Source: Candidatus Bathyarchaeota archaeon
GTDB lineage: Archaea > Thermoproteota > Bathyarchaeia > Bathyarchaeales > Bathycorpusculaceae
Assembly: GCA_963832745.1 (NCBI GenBank)
Contig: CAWHVC010000001.1
Location: 1 to 64,000, forward strand
Length of the DNA stretch: 64,000 nucleotides
Direction of reading: 5' to 3'
Shown here: one piece after another, positions 50,242-60,002 of the stretch
How positions within the stretch are numbered: the first letter of the stretch is position 1
Layout: each line of letters opens with the position of its first letter
Program-made: the position numbers and the translations under genes
The notes under the pieces: generated by a model
What the model saw: the letters and a program-made list of their open reading frames with translations, nothing else
Told to the model about the DNA's origin: nothing
Databases searched by the model: none

Positions 50242-50835
50242 ATGAGTACACAAACAACCGTAGCACAACCACAAGAAATCTTACTCTTCCAAAAATGGAC
50301 TTTCAAAGACGTCTCAGTAGTGGACATTGGTCTACAACGATACCTTAACCTGACTCCCATGGTTGCCCCACACAGTATGGGTCGCCATGAACACCAAAGA
50401 TTCCGTAAAGCAAAAGTCAACATTGTCGAACGTTTAATCAACGGTTTAATGCGCAGCGGCAAAAATAGTGGCAAAAAAGCCAAAGCAACTAACATAGTCA
50501 AAGAAGCATTCGAAATCATCAATGTAAAAACCGGCAAAAACCCAGTTGAAATTCTTGTCAAAGCAGTAGAAAATGCTTCACCATGTGAAGATACAACAAG
50601 AATCAGCTATGGTGGTGTCGTCTACCACTTATCAGTTGACGTTGCACCACAACGCAGAATTGACCTTGCAGTTCGTCATATAACCGATGGCGCAAGAACA
50701 GCATCATTAAACAATCCACGCAGCATACAAGAAACACTTGCAGACGAATTAGTCTTAGCCGCAAACAAAGACATCAAGAGTGCCGGTGTAGCAAAACGCA
50801 ACGAAATTGAACGCGTTGCTCAAAGCAGCAGATAA
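50242..50835 (+). CDS. rps7: 30S ribosomal protein S7 (uS7)
   Basis: GRHEHQRFRKAKVNIVERLIN, SVDVAPQRRID, ERVAQSSR. Confidence 0.97.
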   Translation: MSTQTTVAQPQEILLFQKWTFKDVSVVDIGLQRYLNLTPMVAPHSMGRHEHQRFRKAKVNIVERLINGLMRSGKNSGKKAKATNIVKEAFEIINVKTGKNPVEILVKAVENASPCEDTTRISYGGVVYHLSVDVAPQRRIDLAVRHITDGARTASLNNPRSIQETLADELVLAANKDIKSAGVAKRNEIERVAQSSR

Positions 50836-50991
50836 AACTGCTTTTCTTTTCTTATCCTTTTAGAAATTTTATTGCTTGTTGCTTCTTACTGTAAACTTGC
50901 TTATTTTGAAAATCAATGCTTTTCTGGGCATTTAGGAATGAATTTGGAAATAAGTTAATAAAACCATAAGCAGAGCCTTCTTTAACAAAAG

Positions 50992-51930
50992 ATGAAAAAA
51001 ATGAAGAAGCAACTCTTAACCATAATACTCTTATGCGCTTTAACCCTGACTGGTTTCACTGCATTAACAACAATACAGGTAAACGCTGACTCATCAGACG
51101 CTAAAATCCTCAGTTACAGCTGGTATGCAGCTCCAAATGATGTTGTAGCAACAAACACAGGCGACTTAGTGGTTGTTGGCGAAGTGCAAAACGTTGGCAC
51201 AACTAACCTTTTCTCCGTTTATGTGGTAGGTACCGCATATGTAAACGGCACTGAAGTTGCTTATGCTCAACGGCAAGTATTCGGAAACAATCTGCAACCT
51301 GGCCAAAAAGCTCCCTTCTACTTGGATTTCCAACCTGAAGATAGTGTTACTTATGATTTAAGTTGGGTATCAAACGTTACTGACGTGGTGGTAGGAACTG
51401 GTTATGTTGTCAACACAGACAAAGACATGTATCAAGGCTTAACGCTTACCGCTCAAAACCAAACAGCCTCTGGAGTCTACCAAATAATTGGTTCAGTTAA
51501 GAACACTGGAACAGAAACTATAGGCGATGTAAGAGTAGTAACAACCTTCTATGACGCTTTAGGCACTGTTGTAAGCTTAAACTACACTGATGTACTCTCA
51601 GACTCACTTGCTCCTGGTGCATCTGAAAATTTCGTTGCAACACCTGTTGACAATTACCCTGCAAATAACATAACAAGTTATTCATCAATGGTACAAAGTA
51701 CCCCTGTAGAGCCAGATGCTACATCAACTCCCTCTTCAACTGCTACAGCAACTCCTACACCAACATCCACAGCAACTTCGACTTCAACTCCAACTCAAAC
51801 ACCAAGCGACCAACCAAGTCAAGATTACACCTTGATTATTGTAGCAGTAATTGCTTTAGTGTTGATAGTTTTGGCAGTTGTCGGCATAATGATGCGTAGA
51901 AACCGCGGCAAAACAGAACCTCAGCAATAA
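50992..51930 (+). CDS. Surface protein with two FxLYD-like domains
   Basis: VVGEVQNVG and IIGSVKNTG..TFYDALG; T/P/S linker; TM and basic tail. Confidence 0.82.
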   Translation: MKKMKKQLLTIILLCALTLTGFTALTTIQVNADSSDAKILSYSWYAAPNDVVATNTGDLVVVGEVQNVGTTNLFSVYVVGTAYVNGTEVAYAQRQVFGNNLQPGQKAPFYLDFQPEDSVTYDLSWVSNVTDVVVGTGYVVNTDKDMYQGLTLTAQNQTASGVYQIIGSVKNTGTETIGDVRVVTTFYDALGTVVSLNYTDVLSDSLAPGASENFVATPVDNYPANNITSYSSMVQSTPVEPDATSTPSSTATATPTPTSTATSTSTPTQTPSDQPSQDYTLIIVAVIALVLIVLAVVGIMMRRNRGKTEPQQ

Positions 51931-51978
51931 AAAATCGGCTTAGATTAACTCTAAACCATTTTCCTTTTTCTTTTGTTT

Positions 51979-52170
51979 TTATCTTAAGGTAAAATCGTAC
52001 TGTTTTTCTATATGTAGCCTTTCTTTGACCATGCTTAACTCTTTTGCGTAATCCATAAAGGCCATGCGTAACATTTCGCTTTCGCTTGTTCCTAAGCGTC
52101 TTGCTAATTCTGATAAAATCTCCCTTTGCTCCTTGCTTAAAACAACCTTTACTACACACTTTTTTGCCAT
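51979..52170 (-). CDS. Ribbon-helix-helix (CopG-like) protein
   Basis: VKVVLSKEQREILSELARRLGTSESEMLRMAF; GGAG RBS. Confidence 0.78.
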   Translation of the reverse strand: MAKKCVVKVVLSKEQREILSELARRLGTSESEMLRMAFMDYAKELSMVKERLHIEKQYDFTLR

Positions 52171-52327
52171 TTCCCAATACTCCCCACAACCAAAACCTGC
52201 TCATGTTTAGCCAACGGATTTGCAGACTTGCACGAGATAGCAAATCGTGTTTATTGATGATTACTATTTAACAATTATTCCGTATCACAATTGACCCTAA
52301 ACTGTACAACAAAAAAGCATTTTTTCT

Positions 52328-53515
52328 TTAACTTGACCGAGTGTGAAGTTCAACTACGTCGCCATCATCTAAAACAAAGTTTGAACCAACCTTTTTAGGG
52401 CTAAAAGGCAAACGTTTCGCCCAAACCATCGCAAACAAAAAGTTATACAAAAAATCCTTGTGAATGTTCTTTGCTAAATCGTTAACTGTGGCTCCGCGTT
52501 TAAGTGCAAATGGCCTGCCTGTCTCCGCCTTTGAACCTGGTTCTTTAGTGTAAACACGAATAATTCCCAAACTTTCAAAAACTGTTTTTCCTAAATCGTC
52601 AAGACCCTTTTTTTGTTCACAAGACAATGCAACAACAGGTAATTTTCCATTGACATATTTTTTTAGTATCTTTAGGTTTAACTCGGCGCCTTTTAAATCT
52701 AGCTTGTTTGCAACTATGACTGCTGGCTTGTAAATGGTGGTTTCAAAAATGGCGTTCTCGATATCTTCCAACTTGACATCGCCGCTTATTCTTACTATAG
52801 CGTCATGAATTTTGTATTCTCGAAGTAAATCTTCTACATCACGCATACTGCAGTCAAGTAAGTGACCAACAAGGGTAACTCTTAATGCCAAACCTGCATG
52901 GCGTCTATCAATAACTACGCGTCCTTTCGGCTTGTTTACCAAAACACGACTTTTTTCTAGCTCAGCTAAAATTAAATCTAACTGTTTGATGGGGTCACGT
53001 GATAAGTCAAGCATTAACAGTATTCCATCAGCGTTTCGTGCTAAACCAAGTGTAACGTTACCTGTTCCGCGTCCGTCTGAAGCGCCTTCCATCACTGCTG
53101 GGGCTTCAATGAGTTGGAATTGGACATCGCCATAATTCATTATGCCTGGTACTGGTTCATGCGTGCTGTAAGGGGTAGGTGTAACAATAACTTTTGAGTT
53201 TGTTGTAGCAGTCATCAGGCAGCTTTTGCCAACGTTTGTCATGCCGACTATTGCTATTTGGGCTGATCCTTCTTTTTCGATGAAAAGTTTGGGTCCGCCA
53301 CTGCTTTTGCCTGTGCCCTTACGCTTTTTGTCTTCCAAATCCATTTTAATAGCTGCAATTTTACGGTTCATTTCGCCGCGCAGTTTCATTGTGCCTTTGT
53401 GATGCGGAACATACTTTAGGAATTCAATCATTGCATCCATTTTTTCTTTTGGAGTGCGGGCGGCTTCAACGTCTTCCCATTTATCCATTGCTTCAGGCGG
53501 CAAGTTTGTCGGCAT
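52328..53515 (-). CDS. DRG/OBG-family GTPase with TGS domain
   Basis: MPTNLP, G1 GMTNVGKS, G4 NKLD, IRVYTKEPG, DGDVVELH. Confidence 0.92.
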   Translation of the reverse strand: MPTNLPPEAMDKWEDVEAARTPKEKMDAMIEFLKYVPHHKGTMKLRGEMNRKIAAIKMDLEDKKRKGTGKSSGGPKLFIEKEGSAQIAIVGMTNVGKSCLMTATTNSKVIVTPTPYSTHEPVPGIMNYGDVQFQLIEAPAVMEGASDGRGTGNVTLGLARNADGILLMLDLSRDPIKQLDLILAELEKSRVLVNKPKGRVVIDRRHAGLALRVTLVGHLLDCSMRDVEDLLREYKIHDAIVRISGDVKLEDIENAIFETTIYKPAVIVANKLDLKGAELNLKILKKYVNGKLPVVALSCEQKKGLDDLGKTVFESLGIIRVYTKEPGSKAETGRPFALKRGATVNDLAKNIHKDFLYNFLFAMVWAKRLPFSPKKVGSNFVLDDGDVVELHTRSS

Positions 53516-53704
53516 GTAAACTTCAGCAGAATATACCTCAGGTCAACTTTAAGTCTATTTCGAATTTTATGTAAAGTTTTAACCTAAAAAACGGTTTTCT
53601 AAGAAGCACCACGTTTCAATGTGTACCTAACAATGCTAAAATTAACTGTTTAAAAAACGCAGATTTAAAAGCTGTAACGTTGAAAAGATACCGTGGAATA
53701 AATA

Positions 53705-54157
53705 GTGAATGAGTTTGGCGATCAAGTAGCAAGGCTTAACACTACCGAAGAAACCTACATTGAAACAATTGACGCGCTTATCAGAAAACTTGGATACGCC
53801 GCAGTTACTGACATAGCTAAGGAACTTGAGGTTAAATCCCCAAGCGTAACAAGCATGCTGAAAAAACTTGATGCCGTCGGCTTCGTTAAATACACGCCTT
53901 ACCGTAACGTCACCTTAACCCAAAATGGCAAAGACCTTGCATCCTACCTGCGCAAACGGCAAAGACCTCTTCAAGCATTTTTAACTATGCTTGGTGTGCC
54001 TGCGGAAGTCGCTGAAGAAGACGCCTGCGAAATTGAACATGTCCTTCACTCTTCAACGCTTGATGCACTTTCAAAGTTTGTAGACTTCATCCAAAATGGT
54101 CCAGGCAGCAGTTGCCTTGAAAGCTTTAAAAACTATGAAACCCCAAAGAAATCTTAA
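53705..54157 (+). CDS. DtxR/MntR metal-dependent repressor
   Basis: EETYIETI, PSVTSMLKKL, AEEDACEIEH. Confidence 0.9.
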   Translation: MNEFGDQVARLNTTEETYIETIDALIRKLGYAAVTDIAKELEVKSPSVTSMLKKLDAVGFVKYTPYRNVTLTQNGKDLASYLRKRQRPLQAFLTMLGVPAEVAEEDACEIEHVLHSSTLDALSKFVDFIQNGPGSSCLESFKNYETPKKS

Positions 54158-54186
54158 AAAGATTATTTTTGAGGGGTTTGACTGTT

Positions 54187-54819
54187 ATGGGTTTAGGATG
54201 GAAAGATTGGACTAAAACAGACGTTATTTATGGTATTATAGTTCCCGTTATTGTTGGTTTTTTGATTGTAGGTGTTTCCCAGTTAAGCTCGCTTTTTAGT
54301 GGTGACGCTTTTGGGATAGTTGTTGGCTTAACAAGCGAAATAGAAGAACTCTTAGTTATAGTTGCCATTCCCCTTATGTTTGGGCTGGTTTGGAACCGTT
54401 GGGCAGGAGGTGCTGCAGGTTTCATAATGGGCACCTTTTACGCTTTAGCCTTTGCCACCAAACTACCTGGCGCAATGGGCGTTGGGCGCGATTACATGAT
54501 GTCCGCTTATTTGGGTCTTGGCCCCGTCATGCTTGGCTACGTTATTAGCGCGATGCTGATTGGTTACATGGCTGGTGCTTTGCTTAAAAACTCTGAAGAC
54601 TTCAAACGACTGCTTTTCGTGAGCCTGCTAACAACAACTGTTGTTGGTGTTGTCTTGTTTGGAATCTATCAGGTTTCACCCACAAACGTGGTGTTGGGTC
54701 TTAGCGGCTTCTTGCTTACGGTGCTTGCAAGGACTGCCACAGGCGCAATAGTTGCCGTGCTTGCTAAAGTGGCCATGTGGTATGGTATAGCAATGAAACG
54801 GCAAACGGGTTACCATTAA
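54187..54819 (+). CDS. Multi-pass membrane protein, paralog of 23109-23706
   Basis: About six TM segments; GLVWNRWAGGAAGF, SAMLIGYMAGAL, WYG. Confidence 0.82.
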   Translation: MGLGWKDWTKTDVIYGIIVPVIVGFLIVGVSQLSSLFSGDAFGIVVGLTSEIEELLVIVAIPLMFGLVWNRWAGGAAGFIMGTFYALAFATKLPGAMGVGRDYMMSAYLGLGPVMLGYVISAMLIGYMAGALLKNSEDFKRLLFVSLLTTTVVGVVLFGIYQVSPTNVVLGLSGFLLTVLARTATGAIVAVLAKVAMWYGIAMKRQTGYH

Positions 54820-54886
54820 AAAGCCTGTCTATCCTCAAATTTTTTCTTTGACCTGCGTTTATCTCAAAAAAGCAGTTCTTTTTTGG

Positions 54887-55078
54887 TTATTTGTATTTTT
54901 CAAACACAAGTATGACCAACCCTACTATTTGCAATTCAAATCCTACTGCTAAAGCCCGCAGGTCAACAACGCTGATTAACAAATTTGAAACGACAAGTAA
55001 GGCGCCTATAACTAGAAGGAAGGCTGCAATTAACAGCAAAGGTTTGGATTTAGTCTCAGTTTCAGTGCTTTGCTTCAC
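54887..55078 (-). CDS. Small two-TM protein
   Basis: GGAGAGG RBS; two hydrophobic helices. Confidence 0.6.
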   Translation of the reverse strand: MKQSTETETKSKPLLLIAAFLLVIGALLVVSNLLISVVDLRALAVGFELQIVGLVILVFEKYK

Positions 55079-55093
55079 TACTTTGTCCTCTCC

Positions 55094-55582
55094 TTAATTT
55101 ATGGTTTCATTTTTTCTTTTTGCCAACCAATTTTTAGCCAGTTCTTGCCCCTTCTTTGAGTAAATCAAAGCAACAATCTTGTTCCAATCAAAACCTTCCT
55201 GGGCATTATAGTAAGCAAACTCCTGTGGCGTAAACATTACCAGTTTATCCGCGTCGTAAAGTGCCTGAAATGGCTCTGATGGGTTGTCTGGGTGGTCGTG
55301 GTGTGTGGCGATTATTAGGCAGACTTGGCGGATGAAGCTGTCTTTGCAGTCTAGCTGCTTTAAAAGTTGTGTGGCGATTGCGGGGCCTTTCTCGTACTGG
55401 TCTTTAATTGAGCAGCCGCCGATGTCATGTAGGATGATTGAGGCGTAGGTTAACTCTTGTAGTGGGGGTGCTACTGGGAAATGCTCTTTTGCAATGTCAA
55501 AAACGCGTTGGGTGTGTGAGACGCCGAAGTCGTTTTTTTCAAGGATTGGGGTTGCAAGCTGGAAAAGTCTGTTAATATCCAA
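55094..55582 (-). CDS. HD-domain protein
   Basis: H (SHTQRV), ILHDIG, HH, DADKL. Confidence 0.85.
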   Translation of the reverse strand: MDINRLFQLATPILEKNDFGVSHTQRVFDIAKEHFPVAPPLQELTYASIILHDIGGCSIKDQYEKGPAIATQLLKQLDCKDSFIRQVCLIIATHHDHPDNPSEPFQALYDADKLVMFTPQEFAYYNAQEGFDWNKIVALIYSKKGQELAKNWLAKRKNETIN

Positions 55583-55733
55583 TGTTCTGCCTCTGCTTGG
55601 GTTTGGGGGTTTGGTTGGATAAAGCTGTTTCGATTCCCCGTTAAGGTATTTTTTTACTTCTTTTTGTTGTCTTCTCCATCTTTTCTTTGAAATTCAAAAA
55701 AGCCTTTAAGCGAAAACCAGTTTACTGTCGCTT

Positions 55734-56849
55734 ATGGAAAGAACAGTGTCAGGCTTACTTCTGCTATTTTCAGTCTGTTTATTAGTTAGTGCCTGTTTTG
55801 TTGGGTCAGCTTCAGCCAATTTCACCCATTATTATCCTCCAAACTTGACAATTCTATCTCCAAAAGAAAACGATGTTTACAATTCAAATGTTCCCTTGGT
55901 TCTTAACATAACTCTAACTCCTAAACTGACCGGGTGGGAAACATTAACCAATCTTACCTATAGTTTGGATGAACACTCCACGGTTGCCTTGCCGCTATTA
56001 GACAAAGATGTAGAAAGCAACAATTACCTTACCGATGTACTATACAGTTTAAATGACGGAGCCCACACCCTTACTGTTTCAGGCTTAACAAACTTTGGAA
56101 ACGCTTTTAATTCAACAGTTAACTTCCAAGTAAAAGCCCAACCTGCCGACAGCACACCCCTGCAGATTATACCGTTAACCCCAACAAACACGACTTACCT
56201 TGGCAGTGTAGTAACGCTGAATTTTAGGGTTAACAAGCCAATCCTGTGGGCACAATACAGTCTTAACAATGCTGAAAAAGTCGCCATAATAGCAAACATC
56301 ACCCGATTTAGCTGCAATTTGGGCACTAACAACATCACGTTATATGCCGCTGACGAGCAAGGCAACGTTGTAGCTTCAGAAATAGTAACCTTCACAACGT
56401 TTCTGTTCCTCTATAACTCTCAGCACAATCAATTATTGCCAACACCGCTCAAACCTATAATATCTTTGGTTGAACCTCAAAACTCAATCTATGCCCAAAG
56501 TAGAGTTCCCTTGACCTTTACAATTAATCAGCCCGTTATTTTGGACCCAACAATGCTTAATTTCTCATTGGGTGGGTTAACAGCCACTTATCCCGATGTG
56601 TCTTGGGTCGGTTACAGTTTAGATGGGCAAACCAACAAAACAGTCATCGGCAACATTACCCTTTCGGGTTTAACAAGCGGAACCCACAATGTTACAGTCT
56701 ACGCAGAAGACGTCTACGGCAATATTGGCTCTTCAGAAACAATATTTTTCACAGTAGAGCTGTCTTTTCCAACTGTCGCTGTTATTGTTGGCGTCTCAAC
56801 AGTACTTATCCTATGCACCGTTTCCATAGTTTACCTAAAAAAACGTTAA
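55734..56849 (+). CDS. Surface protein with three Ig-like repeats
   Basis: Three YSL(D/N)...G.(H/N)...T repeats; signal peptide; C-terminal TM and KKR. Confidence 0.82.
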   Translation: MERTVSGLLLLFSVCLLVSACFVGSASANFTHYYPPNLTILSPKENDVYNSNVPLVLNITLTPKLTGWETLTNLTYSLDEHSTVALPLLDKDVESNNYLTDVLYSLNDGAHTLTVSGLTNFGNAFNSTVNFQVKAQPADSTPLQIIPLTPTNTTYLGSVVTLNFRVNKPILWAQYSLNNAEKVAIIANITRFSCNLGTNNITLYAADEQGNVVASEIVTFTTFLFLYNSQHNQLLPTPLKPIISLVEPQNSIYAQSRVPLTFTINQPVILDPTMLNFSLGGLTATYPDVSWVGYSLDGQTNKTVIGNITLSGLTSGTHNVTVYAEDVYGNIGSSETIFFTVELSFPTVAVIVGVSTVLILCTVSIVYLKKR

Positions 56850-56902
56850 CTTGCCCTTAAGGCGTGTTTTTATCATTAAACATAAAAACGTCTGTGTAAG
56901 AC

Positions 56903-58102
56903 ATGTATGGCATGGGTAAGTTTCGTTTAGCCGTATTTAACACGCAGCCGCCCCACCTGTACAGGGGAGGCGTGGAAAGGCGCATAATGGAAACTACCCG
57001 CCTACTTAACAATCAAGCTGACATTACAATTTATAGCGGTACAAAAGCAGGATTTAAAACTCAGACAAACCTGCAAGGAGTAAATTTTGTTCCCCTCAAC
57101 TCTACCGATAAAGTTTACCCAATCGACAATTGGACTTTCAATCGAACCATAGCTTCAACTGCCTTTAACATGGATATTTACGAAGCACACAACGACAACG
57201 GCTATGGACTCCTAAAATCATTCAAAAGCTTGACCGCAAAAAAACCGTTCATACATACGATTCACGGCGTTTTGGCAGACGAGTTTGAACAGGCAAAACT
57301 TAACGGTCATGTGTCCTTCCGTGGCAGGGTTGCAAACCGTTTCATGGCGCGTCTTGCTCGACTTGAAGGCGAAACCGCTAAAGAGGCTGACTTAATCGTA
57401 ACCATCAGCAAGTATTCTTTAAAGAAAATGCAGAAATTCTACGACGTTGACCCTTCAAAAGTGCGAATTGTGCCAAACGGAGTTGACCCAGAAAAGTACA
57501 AGTCTGTTGTGAATCAAGGTGCGCTTAAACAGCTACTGGGTTTTGGTGAGGCGCCTGTGGTGCTTTTCGTGGGCAGCTTGATACCTCGCAAAGGCTTGCC
57601 GTCCTTGGTTGAAGCAGCAAAACAAGTAGTTAAAACACAGCCAAGCACGCGATTTGTTATTGTTGGTGATGGACCATTAAAAACCCAGTTAACCGGCAGT
57701 TTGGCGGCAGCTAACCTGACAGGCAACTTTACCTTCAAAAGCGGCTTAACTGAAGAAGAACTCGCCGCAATGTACGGTTGCGCTGACGTATTTGTGTTGC
57801 CGTCAATTCAGGAAGGCCAAGGTATCGTACTGCTTGAAGCCTCTGCGTCGGAAAAGCCTGTTGTAGCCTTCAACATTGGCGGAGTAAACGAGGTAGTCAT
57901 TAACGGTGAAACGGGTTTGCTGGCAAGCCGCGGAAGCGTTGACGAATTGACTGAAGCGCTACAGAAACTTTTAGGTGACGCCGATTTGCGAAGACGGATG
58001 GGTTCTGCTGGACGCCGTTTTGTTGTAGAGAATTTTACGTGGGATGTTTGTGCCCAAAAAATGCTTGAAGTCTACCGGGAAGCCTTAGATTTTACGGCTT
58101 GA
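56903..58102 (+). CDS. Glycosyltransferase family 4
   Basis: GGVE, HTIHG, VPNGVD, PRKG, EGQGIVLLEA. Confidence 0.92.
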   Translation: MYGMGKFRLAVFNTQPPHLYRGGVERRIMETTRLLNNQADITIYSGTKAGFKTQTNLQGVNFVPLNSTDKVYPIDNWTFNRTIASTAFNMDIYEAHNDNGYGLLKSFKSLTAKKPFIHTIHGVLADEFEQAKLNGHVSFRGRVANRFMARLARLEGETAKEADLIVTISKYSLKKMQKFYDVDPSKVRIVPNGVDPEKYKSVVNQGALKQLLGFGEAPVVLFVGSLIPRKGLPSLVEAAKQVVKTQPSTRFVIVGDGPLKTQLTGSLAAANLTGNFTFKSGLTEEELAAMYGCADVFVLPSIQEGQGIVLLEASASEKPVVAFNIGGVNEVVINGETGLLASRGSVDELTEALQKLLGDADLRRRMGSAGRRFVVENFTWDVCAQKMLEVYREALDFTA

Positions 58103-58623
58103 ACGTTAACTCCAACTGATTTTGCCAGTCGTCTAAAGTCTGAGTCGCTTATCCATTCAGCTTTCAGGTAATGACAAATGCGGTCTTCCTGAAGCCCAAT
58201 GCGTCTTGCCTCCTGCACTGTGTAGCAGTATGCTTCAATTTCTGTTGGCCTGTCAACATAAGCGTAATTGGGGTCAAAGAGTTCTTTGCCTTCCATAAAC
58301 TGTTTGACGTGACATAATTCATGGATTAGGTCCAGGTAAATGTCGGTTTTGTTGCCTTTTTGGAGGTAATTTTTACTTATTACTATATGCCCATCGTCGC
58401 CGTCAACGTACATGTAACCGTTTACCCAGCTGAATTCAACTTTTAGGCTGCTTAAGACTTCGCTGGTTTTTTCTCCAAAAATTCCCTGAACAGCCTCCAC
58501 CTTGTCAAATCCTTTAAAATACTCCAGAAACAATCCGTTGGTGTTCCCAACGTTTAGCAGGTTCACTGGAAGCTTACGCAATAAACGCATGATTCTAAAC
58601 ATTAACTGTTCTACTGAGGCCAA
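58072..58623 (-). CDS. Hypothetical protein with HExxH zincin-like motif
   Basis: LIHELCHVKQF...EIEAY. Confidence 0.75.
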   Translation of the reverse strand: MASVEQLMFRIMRLLRKLPVNLLNVGNTNGLFLEYFKGFDKVEAVQGIFGEKTSEVLSSLKVEFSWVNGYMYVDGDDGHIVISKNYLQKGNKTDIYLDLIHELCHVKQFMEGKELFDPNYAYVDRPTEIEAYCYTVQEARRIGLQEDRICHYLKAEWISDSDFRRLAKSVGVNVQAVKSKASR

Positions 58624-58637
58624 CTATCCTTTTGCTC

Positions 58638-59993
58638 CTACTTAAATTCTGAAAGATACTCAAGCCACATTCCCATCCCAACCAAATCATCAATGTTAAT
58701 TGTGCCGACACTGGCGTCAATATTTTGGCGAACAGGGTTCCTCCACATGCCATCTGGTACCAAATTAAACTGCAAGGGAACCTTGCAACGTAAACCAAAC
58801 TTTTCAGCCAACCCCGGAATCAACGTTCCCTCGTTGCAGGCTTTATGAGCTGAAATGTAAGTTTGCAAAAGCTGTGGAGACGCAAATTTGCCTACTCCGT
58901 GCCATACCGCTGCGTCTTCTGGTGAAGCTAAAGCATACAGGAAAAACTGTGGTGAAGAAGGAGTTTCAGTGTAATTGTAGTCTGCAAGTTTTTCGCCTGT
59001 CACTGTGAAATCGTCGTCGCTTTGCGCTGTTGATATGTCTTTGGGGTCTATGCCGTTTGGGTAAAGCGCGGTGGTTTTGTATTTTACTGTAACGTTTGAT
59101 AGTTTGTTGTCGTCAAAATGGATTTTGCCGTGGGCTGCACGTTTTGAACCGTACCCTTTTTTTGAGTGTGGAACCGTGAGCAGTGTGGTGCGTTTAGTCA
59201 TGCTTCTTCCCATGCAGTTGTATGCTTGCTCAATTGATTGGTAACTTTGATGTGCTTTACTGATTATGTAATGAATCACGTCATCCTTCTTTTCTGCTTG
59301 AAGCGTGGATAAAGGCATACGTAAAGCGTAAAGTGAAAGGTTTATGCCGAAAACTTTCGATAACTCTTCAAGTTGCCTAAACTTAACAGCATCCACAAAA
59401 TCCATGTAACTGTCAGTGCGCAAAAGCTCTTCATCTATTATTTCAGCCTCACCTTTAGAGATTAATGTGCCCTCATACTTTTTCACAAACGTTTTGTCAA
59501 CTTTAAGTTGCCCTGTTTTGATGTTGGCTGCTGGAAAAGCGCTTTGCCCGCTGTCAATTATTGACTGTTTTAAAGGGTTAATTGAGTAACGGTCCGCTTC
59601 TACATCATCAGTGTTAAGTAGGAACGGTACCACGTAACCGCTTGGCGGCTTTTTCAGTTCCTCGCATAAGTTGCGGACATCCTCTTCTGTTGGTTGATGC
59701 ATTTCGGTTTCAAGACAATAATTTGCGCATGTTTGAAGCAGGCGTGTGCCGATTATGCCTTGAATTTCCTCCGCGGTTAACTGGGGATTTGTGTACTCGA
59801 CTGAACCGCGTAAATAAAAATGGTCATCCTCAAATGGGGTGCAGGTTTTTTTGCCGTCAACAAACCGGAAAAGAGTTACTTTTTGGCTTGTTTTTTCTTT
59901 TTTACGGTTATGTGCGTTTTCAGCTAACGCTTTAGCTGCCGGCATAGACTTGGCTAAAAAACTTTTAACTAGGCGGTAACAATTATCAGGCAT
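58638..59993 (-). CDS. Hypothetical protein of unknown function
   Basis: 451-aa ORF in operon-like spacing with both neighbours; no motif recognised. Confidence 0.8.
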   Translation of the reverse strand: MPDNCYRLVKSFLAKSMPAAKALAENAHNRKKEKTSQKVTLFRFVDGKKTCTPFEDDHFYLRGSVEYTNPQLTAEEIQGIIGTRLLQTCANYCLETEMHQPTEEDVRNLCEELKKPPSGYVVPFLLNTDDVEADRYSINPLKQSIIDSGQSAFPAANIKTGQLKVDKTFVKKYEGTLISKGEAEIIDEELLRTDSYMDFVDAVKFRQLEELSKVFGINLSLYALRMPLSTLQAEKKDDVIHYIISKAHQSYQSIEQAYNCMGRSMTKRTTLLTVPHSKKGYGSKRAAHGKIHFDDNKLSNVTVKYKTTALYPNGIDPKDISTAQSDDDFTVTGEKLADYNYTETPSSPQFFLYALASPEDAAVWHGVGKFASPQLLQTYISAHKACNEGTLIPGLAEKFGLRCKVPLQFNLVPDGMWRNPVRQNIDASVGTINIDDLVGMGMWLEYLSEFK

Positions 59994-60002
59994 AAATCGG
60001 TC

